Below are positions 1-12,000 of a stretch of DNA of 64,000 nt, one piece after another. Below the pieces are notes generated by a model. It was not told the DNA's origin, ran no database searches, and was given only the letters and a program-made list of their open reading frames with translations. Each line of letters opens with the position of its first letter. Positions within the stretch are counted from its first letter, which is position 1. Position numbers and translations under genes: made by a program. The stretch spans positions 1,674,001 through 1,738,000 of the forward strand of contig OZ193909.1 in the NCBI GenBank assembly GCA_964276515.1. Reading direction: 5' to 3'. The DNA comes from Gordius albopunctatus (Eukaryota).

Positions 1-1891
1 TCATTTTTTGAAACTTTAGCCATAATTTTAATAAATTTCAACAAATTTTTAAATTTAGAGGGCGCAGCCGCCCCTCCCTGCCCCCTTGGCTATGCCCATG
101 AACTTTTTTATTTCAGGAATACAAAAATTTTGAATTTATTAAAATGGTCCTAATATATTAGTTTTTAGCTTAAAATGCTTTGAATCCTATTTTAAAAATT
201 TTGACTTACGCGATTTTTATATTGATTTATTAAAGTGTCTTATAAGGTTTGATGTACAAATACTACATAATTGCTTATATGAAAAGTATTAATTACTCGT
301 CTATATATTTGTTAGATCTTGATATGATCGCGGAAAAAAACATAAGTAAGATTTGCACTAAATATATTTAGATAGATCTGATATAAATGATTTTATATTA
401 TATACATATACCCTATTTCTGAAGTATAAAACATTTCTGTTATCAACACAATTCAATGCATGATATCACGATAGAATTAAATTTAGAAAAATTAACAAAT
501 TAAGTGTTTATTTCAGAAAGAATAGACTAAAATATTGTAAAATTTAAAATCATATATTCTCTAATTTAACTAAAAGTACAAAAAATGTTTTTATTTTTAC
601 TAAGAAGAGAAGTCATATTTTATTAACACAGCACATCACATTAAAATCATGTACTTAGGACTCGGTAAAACAATTTATAAGACCGAAAATCTAGCAAATA
701 ACTTAAGGCTCTTTACTGAAAATTGTTTCAAATGCTTTCATTATATTCAAAAACATGTTTTCATACTCATTTTTAATTTTTTCTAATTCTATTACTCGCA
801 TTAAAAGAATGAGGCCTGAATTTTTCTCTATTAATCTTAATTTTAAGAAGCCTTTTCATCGAAAACACAAATTTTTTATTAATGAATAAATATTTCGTAA
901 TGGCGTCGGACGAGAGCTTTTTTAGTTATTTGTTACTTGATAACTTCCATTTTTTATAAGTCTCACAGAAAAATTATTAAAGTTTGAATATCAATTTATT
1001 AATAACACCGTTCTGCAATGAAAATCTGACAATTAGTTATGATAAAGAAATTTCCGCTGCGCTGATTAATAATATTTTTGAATTTTTCATAATAGGTCTT
1101 AATTTTTAGATAATTAAGAGTAAAAGTGTAAATATGATCTTTATAGCCTTTTTTGGAACTACTTCACTCCCAATTTATTTTCATTAATAATTATTCAATT
1201 CTATAATTTATTGATTAATCTAAAGGGATATAATATTATTTCTTTTGTTTCACATTTATATTTAATTTATTTTAATCTATCTAAACCTTTTCCTCTAATC
1301 AATTACCCCGACCATGTATGAGAAAACGAAGTACATTAGAGTACATTGTACTTATGCGATGCTTGCCAAAATTTCACTCGCCCTCTCCACTTAGTCTCTC
1401 CCCTTTCCTTCTCCCTCCCGCCCCGATATCTAGCCACGCAAACGAGATAGGGGCGGGAGTGAAGGAGATGAGAAAGTAAATGGAAGAACACAGCATAAGT
1501 ATTATAGTGTGTAATCTAAAATACTTCTTTTTTCCACACACGGTTTTGAGGAATAAAAATAAAGTAGAAATATAATGGGAAATTAGCTTCAAAAAACGTT
1601 AAAAAGGCCATTTTCATATATCTAAAAATCAAGACTTGTCGGGAAAAAACTAAAAAGGTATTATTGCTTAGCGTAATGTACTAAGATTTTTGCAAAAAAA
1701 TCTAAAAAACTTTCAAACTTAGTTTATATACGAGTAGCTGCTCTATTTAGTCTACTTATTATATAAATCTAAGTTCCACTTTACTCTCTCTCCCAAAATG
1801 TTAACTGAGCCACTATTACTAATATATAAACACAAATTAAGATTAGGAATTGATACTTGATAAAGAAATTTGTTCAAATACAAATTAAAAG

Positions 1892-3188
1892 AGGAGCGGT
1901 ATTGGGTATATTGTGTGAAATGTGTATCCTCCCCCTTTCAGCACTAAAATTTTTAAAACTATAATATAAATTAGCTGAAATTTTAAAAGTACATTAAAAT
2001 GTTACACAGACAATTTGACTTGTTATTGCAATACTTGTGGGATAGAAAATATGTGTATAACCGATGGAACCTGTGTAAAATCAACTACACCTTCATCCAC
2101 TAAGACCGTTTATGGGTAAAATATAAATTTTAAAGGGCTAAATAAGATAGTATGTTGAATTTATGATATTATTATTATAACACAATAATTTCTATTAAGG
2201 CTTAATTGGCTCATTATAAATATTAAAACTGGACTTTTAAATTTAACAATGACCATTATCTACTAGTTAATAAAATCATTATAAATTAAACCTTTAATTG
2301 AATATTGGTCAATTGTATAAATAGACAGGCTTTTAGTAAATTTACTGTAAATGACATTCATACAATAAATTACTGTTTACTGAGTGTTTGAACATTTAGA
2401 TGCTTTTCTAAATTGACTGCCAACGCTTCTTGTCAAGCCTATCGAACTTCTTATTTACCTCAAGCGAATGTCGAAATCCTTTGCTGTGATGGAGGGAATT
2501 GGTGCAATTTTGAGGATGATGAAAATTTAGAAACTAATCCCTTAGGTTATAATTAATTTAGATTGCAAAAATTTGTGAACCAACTGATAAATTATATTTA
2601 AAAGAGTAGATAGATAATGTCTTAATGCTTTTAAAAATTATATTGTTAGTAATATGACCTTTAGAAAAGTTGAGTATTTTATACCAACGAAATTCATAAA
2701 ATATTTATATTTTCAAAGAAAGGTTATGGCAATAAAAGTTAATTGAATTTTCGGTTGTTACTCTTACAATATTAACTTTCCAAACGTAAAACGAAGTTAA
2801 CGTGTTTAAAATATTAACCCAAACCTTAGAAATGATTGATTCCATTTAAACTCAAAAAAGTAATTATGAATAATGACACTTAAATAAATTTTAAAGCCTC
2901 AAGTTTGCCATTAATTTTATAATTTAACCTTAAGTGAATCGAGAATTTAGAATCAAAAGCATAAGATTTGAAAGACAGGCAAAAAATCAATCGCACGCGC
3001 TTTACAGCATCAAAATAAGGAATAATGCGCTTGGAAAGTATTACATCCTTATCGACTCAAAGTTCACAAGCCTGAATTCCTACAGTGTTTTATCGGTATA
3101 TCTTAATTTTATTTTTCCTTCTTTCATTTTCTTACAAGCCCAATTTGCAATGTTGAAATTTAACAATGCAGTTTTTACGTTTTTTTAA
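1892..3188 (+). CDS. Spliced gene encoding a TGF-beta/activin type I receptor-like ectodomain (three-finger fold) with a hydrophobic C-terminal tail and no kinase; 5' end uncertain
   Basis: Phase-compatible GT-AG exons 2010-2115, 2400-2545, 2935-3037 and 3086-3188 (possible upstream exon ~1892-1922) give LTCYCNTCGIENMCITDGTCVK...YGCFSK...SCQAY...LCCDGGNWCNF: 10 Cys in ALK5-like spacing with a CC-x5-CN box. Confidence 0.75.
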
Positions 3189-4064
3189 ATGAGCTTAGGA
3201 ACAGAGTATCATTAAATGGTTTGCAAACTGTGTTTGAATTTTGGTCTAATCAAAAATTCTAAGCTTGAGAGGCGAAGGAGAAATTGATCTAACAAGAATA
3301 TTTAATACCATTTCAAATATTAAGACTAAGCACTTTCAAAATAAAAACTTTTACAATTAATATTTTAATAACTTTAAGAAATATGCAAGCATTTACAAAT
3401 TTTAAGATAATCTAGATTCAACCATTTATAATATACAAATAAATTATTGCAATATAGAGTTCTGGAGAGGTGTCAGTTATGACTATATATAACTACTCAT
3501 ACAATATAACCATAATACCTCTACTTAAACATATTCCTCTACGACATCTATCGAAATCTATATATTTCTCAAGAAGTACGGGTATCATATTTTTGCTAAT
3601 TAAAATATAATTTGTAATATGTGATAATAATTTATCTATTTGCTTTGTTAAATCTTAATAAAGCCTGGTTACCAGATGAATTAAGGCACAACCCTAGAGT
3701 ATTCACGGCCATCGTTTGTCACGTGTGTGAAATAAGTATGCTAAATTATGCGTGCCAGAATTGTGAAAAATTTGAAGAGCATACATATAATATCATATGG
3801 ATCCTCCATTAGCAAATGCTATGAATGTTATTAAAAACATATTTAACTTTTAATCCCATTTTTCTTAAGTTATAATTATTCTTATTTGTTCATTTTTATA
3901 TAATAATAAATATATTTGATGAAATAGCCCAATAGAAGTGTCGGCTAACGCGAAAAATGCTTTTTATGTTATTTTAATATTACAACCTTTGTTTTCATAT
4001 AAGTATCCTTGAGTATTAACACTTAACGCATTCCTATCCTAATAATAAAAGAACCACCTTGTTC

Positions 4065-4365
4065 CATAGACTAATATAACATAGACTGCTAAACAGATTT
4101 TTACTATTGAAATCGTTCAGACACCAAAATAGCTGCCATCTTGTAGGAAAAACTCAACAACGGGTATATTTATACTTCTCCACGATATAATATTGAAGAA
4201 AATAAATAAGATTAATAGTTTAATATATAAATAAAAAAATAGTTAAATTAGAATAATAAATTATTTAATTCTATTGTATGGTTACAATTTCCTACAAAAT
4301 GGGGCTTGCGAGATTTGCTGAAAAATTATCAGCTCTTCGGCAGTCTATGGTTTTATTAGTCTATG
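4065..4365. mobile_element. Non-autonomous TIR element, CATAGACT-end family (P-like or hAT)
   Basis: TIRs CATAGACTAATA...TATTAGTCTATG; perfect 8-bp TSD CCTTGTTC; relatives near 14745-15095, 38108-38520 and 43810-46374. Confidence 0.8.
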
Positions 4366-4449
4366 CCTTGTTCATATTTTAAAACGAGGCAAAAATCAAA
4401 GCTAATATTTACTCTGGTTATATAATGTCGGGAAGCGTATTACTAATAT

Positions 4450-4522
4450 GCCCTGGTAGCTCAGTCGGTAGAGCGTTAGGCTTTTAACCTAACGGTCTTG
4501 GGTTCGAGCCCCAACCAGGGCG
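4450..4522 (+). tRNA. tRNA-Lys(TTT)
   Basis: Full cloverleaf: acceptor GCCCTGG/CCAGGGC, D arm GCTC/GAGC, anticodon arm TTAGG-CTTTTAA-CCTAA, T arm TTGGG-TTCGAGC-CCCAA; T-run Pol III terminator a few nt downstream. Confidence 0.97.
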
Positions 4523-4697
4523 AATCTTTTTATAATTTACAAATAAAATAAAATTCAGAGACAAAAATCCCGTGCCCGATTGTCTCATAAAATGTATTTT
4601 TCGGTCGGGCACAATAACAAGATTTATGGTGCTGGCTTAAGGAGATTTTTAAAATAATGTATTATTTTGTTACTTTTTTATTGTATAACAATAATAA

Positions 4698-5436
4698 CAC
4701 GGTTCAACAAGAAAAATTAACCGGCAAACTGTTTGCAGATTCTGGTACAGTTTTTCACGGCGAATACAAATATGTTTTTAGTTTTTTACCTATACGTCAA
4801 GTTTTTTAAATATTCCCTGTCAAAGTTGCCAAAAACGCGATTTTAGCGTTTTTCAAGCGTCAATAACTTGCAAATTAGCCGGTAAAAATTTTATTTAATA
4901 GATTTAATACGTAGATATAGGGGAGAGGAATGTATTTACAATTTTTTTATCCTAGCACTTTTACTTTTTAAATTATATACAAAATTAATTCTCCCTATCT
5001 TTTACATTGACAAATTATACCAGACTTCTCTTCAACACTAGGAATTAAGTGCGTGTTGTTGTTTATCTACTCTACTACTACTATTACCAAGAGAGGGCGC
5101 CCTCAAGTCTTGTGTAATTTGTCAATGTAAAAGATAGGGATAATTAATTTTGTATATAATTTAAAAAGTAAAAGTGCTGCGATAAAAAAAATGTAAATAC
5201 ATTCCTCTCCCCTATATCTACGTATTAAATCTATTAACTAAAATTTTTACCGACTAACTTGCAAGTTATTGACGTTTGAAAAACGTTAAAATCGCGTTTT
5301 TGGCAACTTTGACAGCGAATCTTTAAAAAACTTGACGTATGGGGAAAACACTAAAAACTTATTTGTGTTCACAGTGAAAAACTCTACCAGAATCTGCAAA
5401 TAGTTCCCAGGTTAATTTCACAAGTTGACCAAAGTA
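4698..5436. mobile_element. Foldback MITE with ~330-bp inverted arms (CAC terminus, possibly Transib-derived)
   Basis: 4698-5030 is the near reverse complement of 5105-5436; a second, interrupted copy lies at 22669-22865 plus 25106-25315. Confidence 0.8.
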
Positions 5437-5601
5437 ATTAATTCGAAAATACACCAAAATTATTGCTAAAAAAGTTAAAGAATCATCATTTCGGCTTAGG
5501 CAGATCTAATAAAATTTGGACTTTGCCGTGCGGACACCTAAATAGGTTTGGGCGGGAAATAAATCATAAAATCAGACCAGGTCAGGTTGGGAGAGAAGAT
5601 T

Positions 5602-8532
5602 TTAAATTTTTTTATTGATCGTGTTAGATGTCACATCCAATGATATTTCATCATAAGTTAAAGTAATAATTTGGTGTGGCTCCTTTAAAAGCTGTACTTT
5701 AAGGTATCCATATTCATCTAAACCCACAACTCTAGCTTTCTCCCCATTCCTTTCAGTGAGCGTTATTTCTTTATTACTATATTACAAATCAAACAATGGA
5801 ATCAAAAATTTGAAAAAAAATTAAATAAGTTTATTTACCCGTGAAGCCACAAAGAATAGTATTCGGGTAAAATGGTGGATTCTAAAGCTAAAGGCCCTCC
5901 TTGCACGTTGATCAAATCAATGTAGTGAGTCAAAGAATCTAAAACTTTAGCCAGGAATTGTCCAGATGTTATGAAATTTATTTGGGATTTGCTATCCTGT
6001 CCCATAATTATCCTTGCTATTTCAGCTAAACCTACTGTAGGGTCCGTGTTAAGGTAGTTTAAACCAAAAGCTATAAAAATTAAATGTTAAAAGTTGCATT
6101 AGAGTATATAAACTTACATAAAGTTAATTCTATATTTTGTGAAGTTGAAACAGCTCTAGCCATTATACCACCAATTTTATAGAGTCCATCATAGAGAATA
6201 TCATTTGGCCATTTGATGTTGAAGGGAACCTAAGTGAAAATTGAGAATTTATTGTAAAGTTTCAAAAAAATTTAAACATTCAGGGTCTCATAGATGCCTC
6301 TTTGTTTTGCAGGCTAAGGGATAAAACTTTCAAAGTAAAAAATAAGATTAAACTTTCCAATAGTCCTTAAAAACGCTCAATAACTTAATCTGATATTGCC
6401 TTAAACCCAAAATACCCCTGCATAGTTTGTTTAATTTGTTATAAAACGTTTATAGCAGCAGGACAGCATACAAAAAAGGTGCATACATTCAAAACTCATC
6501 TATACAGAGCTCTTTAAATTTGATAAACTTGACCAAAATAGTGTTTAATAAATTATCCAGCAAAATGAAGAAAAAAATTCTATGTTCACCTTGATGAACT
6601 TCACTTCATCTCCTTGAGCCAGAGTGTAAAAGGTTTGATAGTGCAATACCTTAGTTAGGCTTACAGCTAGTATATGCTGAAACCAAACCAGTTCTCTACT
6701 CACAAAATCTGCCAGTCCCAAAGTCATGAATAATGTGAAGGAAATACTCCCTTTTGGACTTATCCACCTATTACCTGACCTGCCTTCATTTAAATGTAAA
6801 TTAATATTCAGTAACTAAAATTGAGTAATTATATAAAAAGCAACTTAAATCAATATAGCATGCTAAATCTTAAATGCTGTGTGCATTTTAAAAGATTTTG
6901 CCCTTGCTTGCATAATTGTATTGAAATAATGACATGAAAGAGAGAAGTTAGTGTTTAAATTGTGCCATTTTTTATATCTTCATAAAGGCTGTGGAAAAAA
7001 GAATGTTATATTAAGATTTTAAACCAAACAATGCTTAGATAAAAAGCTATGTGCTTTAAATTTTTAAATTGTTTTCTAATCAAATATTTAAATACCAATT
7101 GAACCAGTGCAGGAATCAGAGAGAATGCAAAATGTTTGTAAGTCTGGAAATTGGGTATGGAGTCTGTGTAAATATAAAATAGTTTGAGAATTGTGATAGA
7201 AATCTCTACTCAATTTTTTTATCTCAATTTAAAAAAAATTCCAATGGTTTAAAAAAAACATAAAATACAATTAATAAATTCATAATATGCAGCAAAACAT
7301 TAGATATAAAATTTATTGATAAATGAGATAAAGGGACAAAACTTCATGACCAAATTGGCTTTTTAGTAAAATTTATTAAATAAAAAATTTTAAAAATATT
7401 TAGAACTATAAACAATTAAAAGGGAGGAAATATTTTAGAATATAACTATCATATACTTGTTACAGAATTCCAAAGTAGAATTTATTTTTTCACACAATAA
7501 TAAAGGTTGACCAATTTTGGTATTTTTTAAGTTGTTAAAATATGAAGGAATATCAAAAAACTCTTTATCTTTTGCCAATAAATAACACATGGGTACAATC
7601 TAGATAAAAAATTATATATATCTTACATTTAAACCTAATAAAATGAACAATTTTATACTAAATGACATTGAAACAATAAAAGATAAGTCTTAATGTTTAA
7701 ATTACCTTTTCACATCCTATGTAGAAAAAATGTTGAGTTTTTAAAATGCTATCTTTAGGACATGTTTTAAGCAAGTCTTTGTTCTATTAAAGCAAAATAT
7801 ACTGATAATGATGCAACCAAATAATTGTTAGTTTCAAACCTTATATAAAAGACAATTTTCTACCATATCTGATGTTTCTTTTAAATTTTCTGTAAATGAA
7901 CATAAGCCTATTTCAATCAGTAACTTTTTTATAATCAAATTTCTTGCAATATCATAATTTTTAAAATTCAGTGGTTTAATTTGAGGACAAGTTTGAATAT
8001 CATTTTCATCTAAAAATAAGGCAGCCTTGAAATTTATAGATTACATAAGATATATGTAATCTATAATAAAATTCAAATATAAAAATCATATATTTGACAA
8101 TTAAAAACAAAAAAAATTAGACTTTACATTTAACTGCACTTGAGTTGCCACGCTGTCAGGTTCTTTAATAACTTCCTTGACAAAAATTGAGCTATAGTCA
8201 TGGTATGAGAGCGAATTATTACATGGCATAACATAAGTGTCATCATCAATTTTTATATTATATAACTTTAAATTATTGTAATTTTTTTTGTAAATTATAT
8301 GGTAATAATATAATTTGTTGGAGAAGTATTCTTGGTTAGTTACAGATGTTAGTAACATAACTAAATTATTGCTCCAATTAGAAGGTAATTTGTGAAAACC
8401 ATCAAAGTTTCGGACTATGTATTTATCAGAATTGCAATACTTGGTTAAAAGTTTATAAATTATGTATTTCAAAGGCTCTGATGGTTCCACAATTAAAATT
8501 TCTTTGGGTTTTGAAAAAAAATTTAAAACCAT
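5602..8532 (-). CDS. HLCS: Holocarboxylase synthetase / biotin-protein ligase, 9 exons
   Basis: Spliced frame gives FDIPSYFNNL..IGQPLLLCEKINST, GRSGNRWISPKGS, QHILAVS, IKWPNDILYDGLYKIGGI, FGLN, VVGLDEYGYLKV; stop TAA at 5602-5604. Confidence 0.92.
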
Positions 8533-9005
8533 AAAAATATCAGCTGTGAAGAAGGTATTACGTCAAGTGTGAGAAAAGGGTAAAAAAAATTTATAGCTTA
8601 TGGCATTATAAACTATGCACTCCTTGCCTCTGGCAGCAGACTTTATTCAATTCTTTGCCTACGCCGACACATTGAGAACTACTAAAAAAAATTATTCAAT
8701 AGTTTATATCGTTATTTAATCAACAAAATTTCTACCAATTTTCTATAATACAATAGTATATATATAAAAGGAATTATAAAAACATTTTTATAAAGATCAA
8801 TTCATATGTGCTTATATATATTGCATAGTAACGTATAAAAACCAGTTGATAATTGCCTATGTTAAAACCACTTTCAAAAATATAAACAAATGTTTTAACA
8901 ATATGTGAGCAAAGTAAAATTGGCTGGTATGACTTAGGTGTGCAATCGATTTGTTTCCTGAGTATTTGGCGCATGAGCTTCGATCTGACGTAAGCCCGTG
9001 GCAAA

Positions 9006-12000
9006 TCATGTGACTAATATTTGATCATCATCGTTGTGTAGTATCACGTGATTTCTTAGGTTGCTCATCTTGCTGAAGCCTTTGTGACAATGTTGACATT
9101 TGATTGGCCAATTACCAGTATGCGTGTACACGTGACTTTTGAGATCGCCGGGCGTAGCAAATGATCTATCACAATGTCTACATTTGTGAGGCTTCTCCTG
9201 AAACATATAACATATTTAGAGGTTACTATAAGATTATATTGTAAACATGATAATACCAAGAGAAAAATGCTGGAATGCATTGCATCACATTTGACATAGT
9301 CCACCCCGAGCGATTTATTTTTAAATTGATAAATAGAATTGATCTACCAAAGATTATATTTTTCAGAATTTTAAAATATAATTTTGTCAACAGTATAAAG
9401 GGTTACCTCAACCTGTTTAGACTGCAAATTTGATTCAATTGCCTTGGGAAATAATATTAAAGTTTAATCTAAAACATTAATACTATTCAAATAAGGTGAA
9501 AACACTTTAGTAAGATGGATATATGGTTTTATATAAGGCTGGGATGATATATATCATTGAAGGAAAATAGATTCAAAAACTCAAGGTTCCTTCAAAAAAC
9601 GGCAATACTTATTAAAGGATAAAATAAAGGAAGCAGTATCTGCCCGCCCGTCCCTCCCCTTTTTAAAATATTCAACGCAATTATGCTTGAATCTTTATTA
9701 TTTTATTATTTGCCTCTGATTTAAAACCTCCTTACAGAGTTTGAATCTAGAGGATATATGTTAAAACACTTTTACCTTTATATGCGTCATTTTGTGGTAG
9801 TAAAGATTAGAGCTGGCAGTAAATTTTTTGCCGCACACGGAGCAAATGTGTGGTTTTTCGCCGGTATGGATTCGTCTGTGGGTATTCAAAGAGCTTGTGG
9901 TGCTAAAACATTTTCCGCAATAATCGCACGAAAATGGTTTCTCTCCTATTAAAATCAGAGTTGAATAAATAAATTCCATTTGACGTAGTTCTTGATCAAA
10001 AAAAATCACTCAGACTCTTGCCATAAATTTTCCAAAAGTACTAATGTCACTTTGATTTAGCTTAGTTTAACTTAGAGCGAACCATTTCTATAAGCAAAAT
10101 CTTATTTCTACCCAATAACAACATTTACAGATTATTCTTTATCCTATAGACTGTCAAACAACCTAACAAATCTTACACGATCCAGAACCAGGCATCGTTT
10201 AATCAAGACAAATACAAAATTTGACCTTTATTTTAACAAAACAATCAGACTTATTGGAACAAACATATTGAATATCTACTACGCTCCCAGATTTTGAGCA
10301 ACACTGCATAGCAAAAGCCTACTTTGATTAATATCAAAGTAGAAGTTTTAAAGGATATCGCAGAAATTATTATAATCATAGCTTACTGAAATGTAAATTA
10401 TAAAATTATTGCATCATAATTGTCTCTATAAATTAATATCATCATTTTTGTCATTATCTTAAAAATACATAAAGCTTTTACAATTATTTTTACCTGTATG
10501 AACCCGGATGTGTCGTACTAGGAGCGAGGGCCGGTCAAATATTTTTTTACACGTTATACAAGAGAAATATCTCATTTTCTTGATTTTGAGCAAGTTGGGA
10601 ATCATACGATTTCTGGCGTTATTATAGGAGCAAATTTTATCGTAACTCTGGGCATCCTTGAGGTCAGAGCTATTTTGTGCTGAGGCGGCGGACTTTTTTA
10701 TAACAGCGAAGGAATTTGGTTCCTTACATAAAAATTCAAGTAAATTTGATAAAATGATTTTACAATTCAAATAAAACTACGTTTTTTTTGAATCAGGCGT
10801 TAACTGGAACACAGCTAAAATTGGATAAGTTTAAAGTTTGGGTTGAAACGAAAGTTTAAATTTTCACAATTGCCACAATATAAAAGATTTAATAGATTAC
10901 TAGATTAACTTTTATAATTAATAAATACTTTTTAATATCTCTATAAAATTGTTTCTCCGGCCTAACCAGGATCTAGTGATTTTGTGAGGAAAAAATGTGA
11001 AATTTTAGAATTTAGGTGGAGAGCTAGTCAATTTTCTGATATTAACAACGGAAACGTGTAAAAAATATTAAATAATGATTAGAAACTTTTCTAGAATAAA
11101 TTGGAGAAATTGCTTATGTTATATTTTATTTTAAAACTTTAATTGCTCCATACGAAACTATGTTGAGTATTTTTTACATCTTAATATCAATTCTTATGCG
11201 ATACTACAATCCACATGAATATATTAATTTCGCTTATAATCAAGCAAGCGACCGCCACGATTAAAAAAAAGTCGTGCAGTCGATTGGTGGTTTAAAACCT
11301 TGTTTTCCTCCGATTTGTTTTTCGACAAAAGTAAATCCATGTCTTTTTAAAACATGCATATAAGGAGCAGTACGGGCTTAATTTCATTACTTCAAATTTG
11401 GGGTACAAATAGAATTGGGCCGGAATGAAGGAACAGTTTTAGAATGTAAAACATGATTTAAAAATATGAAAACCCTTTTTAATAGCTTTTAATCACAACG
11501 ATGGCAAATTGCTTAATAATTTCTGCAACCGTGCTTTTAGATCTAACTTACTTTATCTAATTACAAATGATAAAGTTGTCGCGCGCATAGTAGTCAAGGT
11601 CTTTGACATAGCCAAACGGACACTTATTAAATTAATACATTTATTCATAACCCGCAGCACTGAACATACATTCTGGCTTACAATCTTACATCACCCCTGT
11701 ATGGGGAGGGTGAGTGAGGTGTGCTTCTTAATTTAAAAGCAAGGTGACATCGCATGGGGGATGGACAGTACTCTCGGTGAATAATTAATAATTAAAGTCC
11801 TTGGCCCGTTTGGGTCATAAATTAACATGTAGATGGGGCCATGAATTATTGCCTTAAAGCTTAGGTTAAAAAAGGTTATAGTGTTCCGGCCTCCCCCCCC
11901 CCCCCCCTAAAAAATAATTTTATTATTTATTAAAATCTTTTTACGTGAGATCCTTTAAAGGCTTCGTTGACTTTGGTATCGTTTGAGCTGATCTTTGGTG

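Noticed and set aside
3621..3812. Short ORF with two CxxC pairs
   Set aside because: Non-ATG start, no recognisable family and no supported link to adjacent exons
6900..6990. Apparent extra HLCS exon with a CAG acceptor
   Set aside because: Stops in all three frames, and the flanking exons join in phase without it
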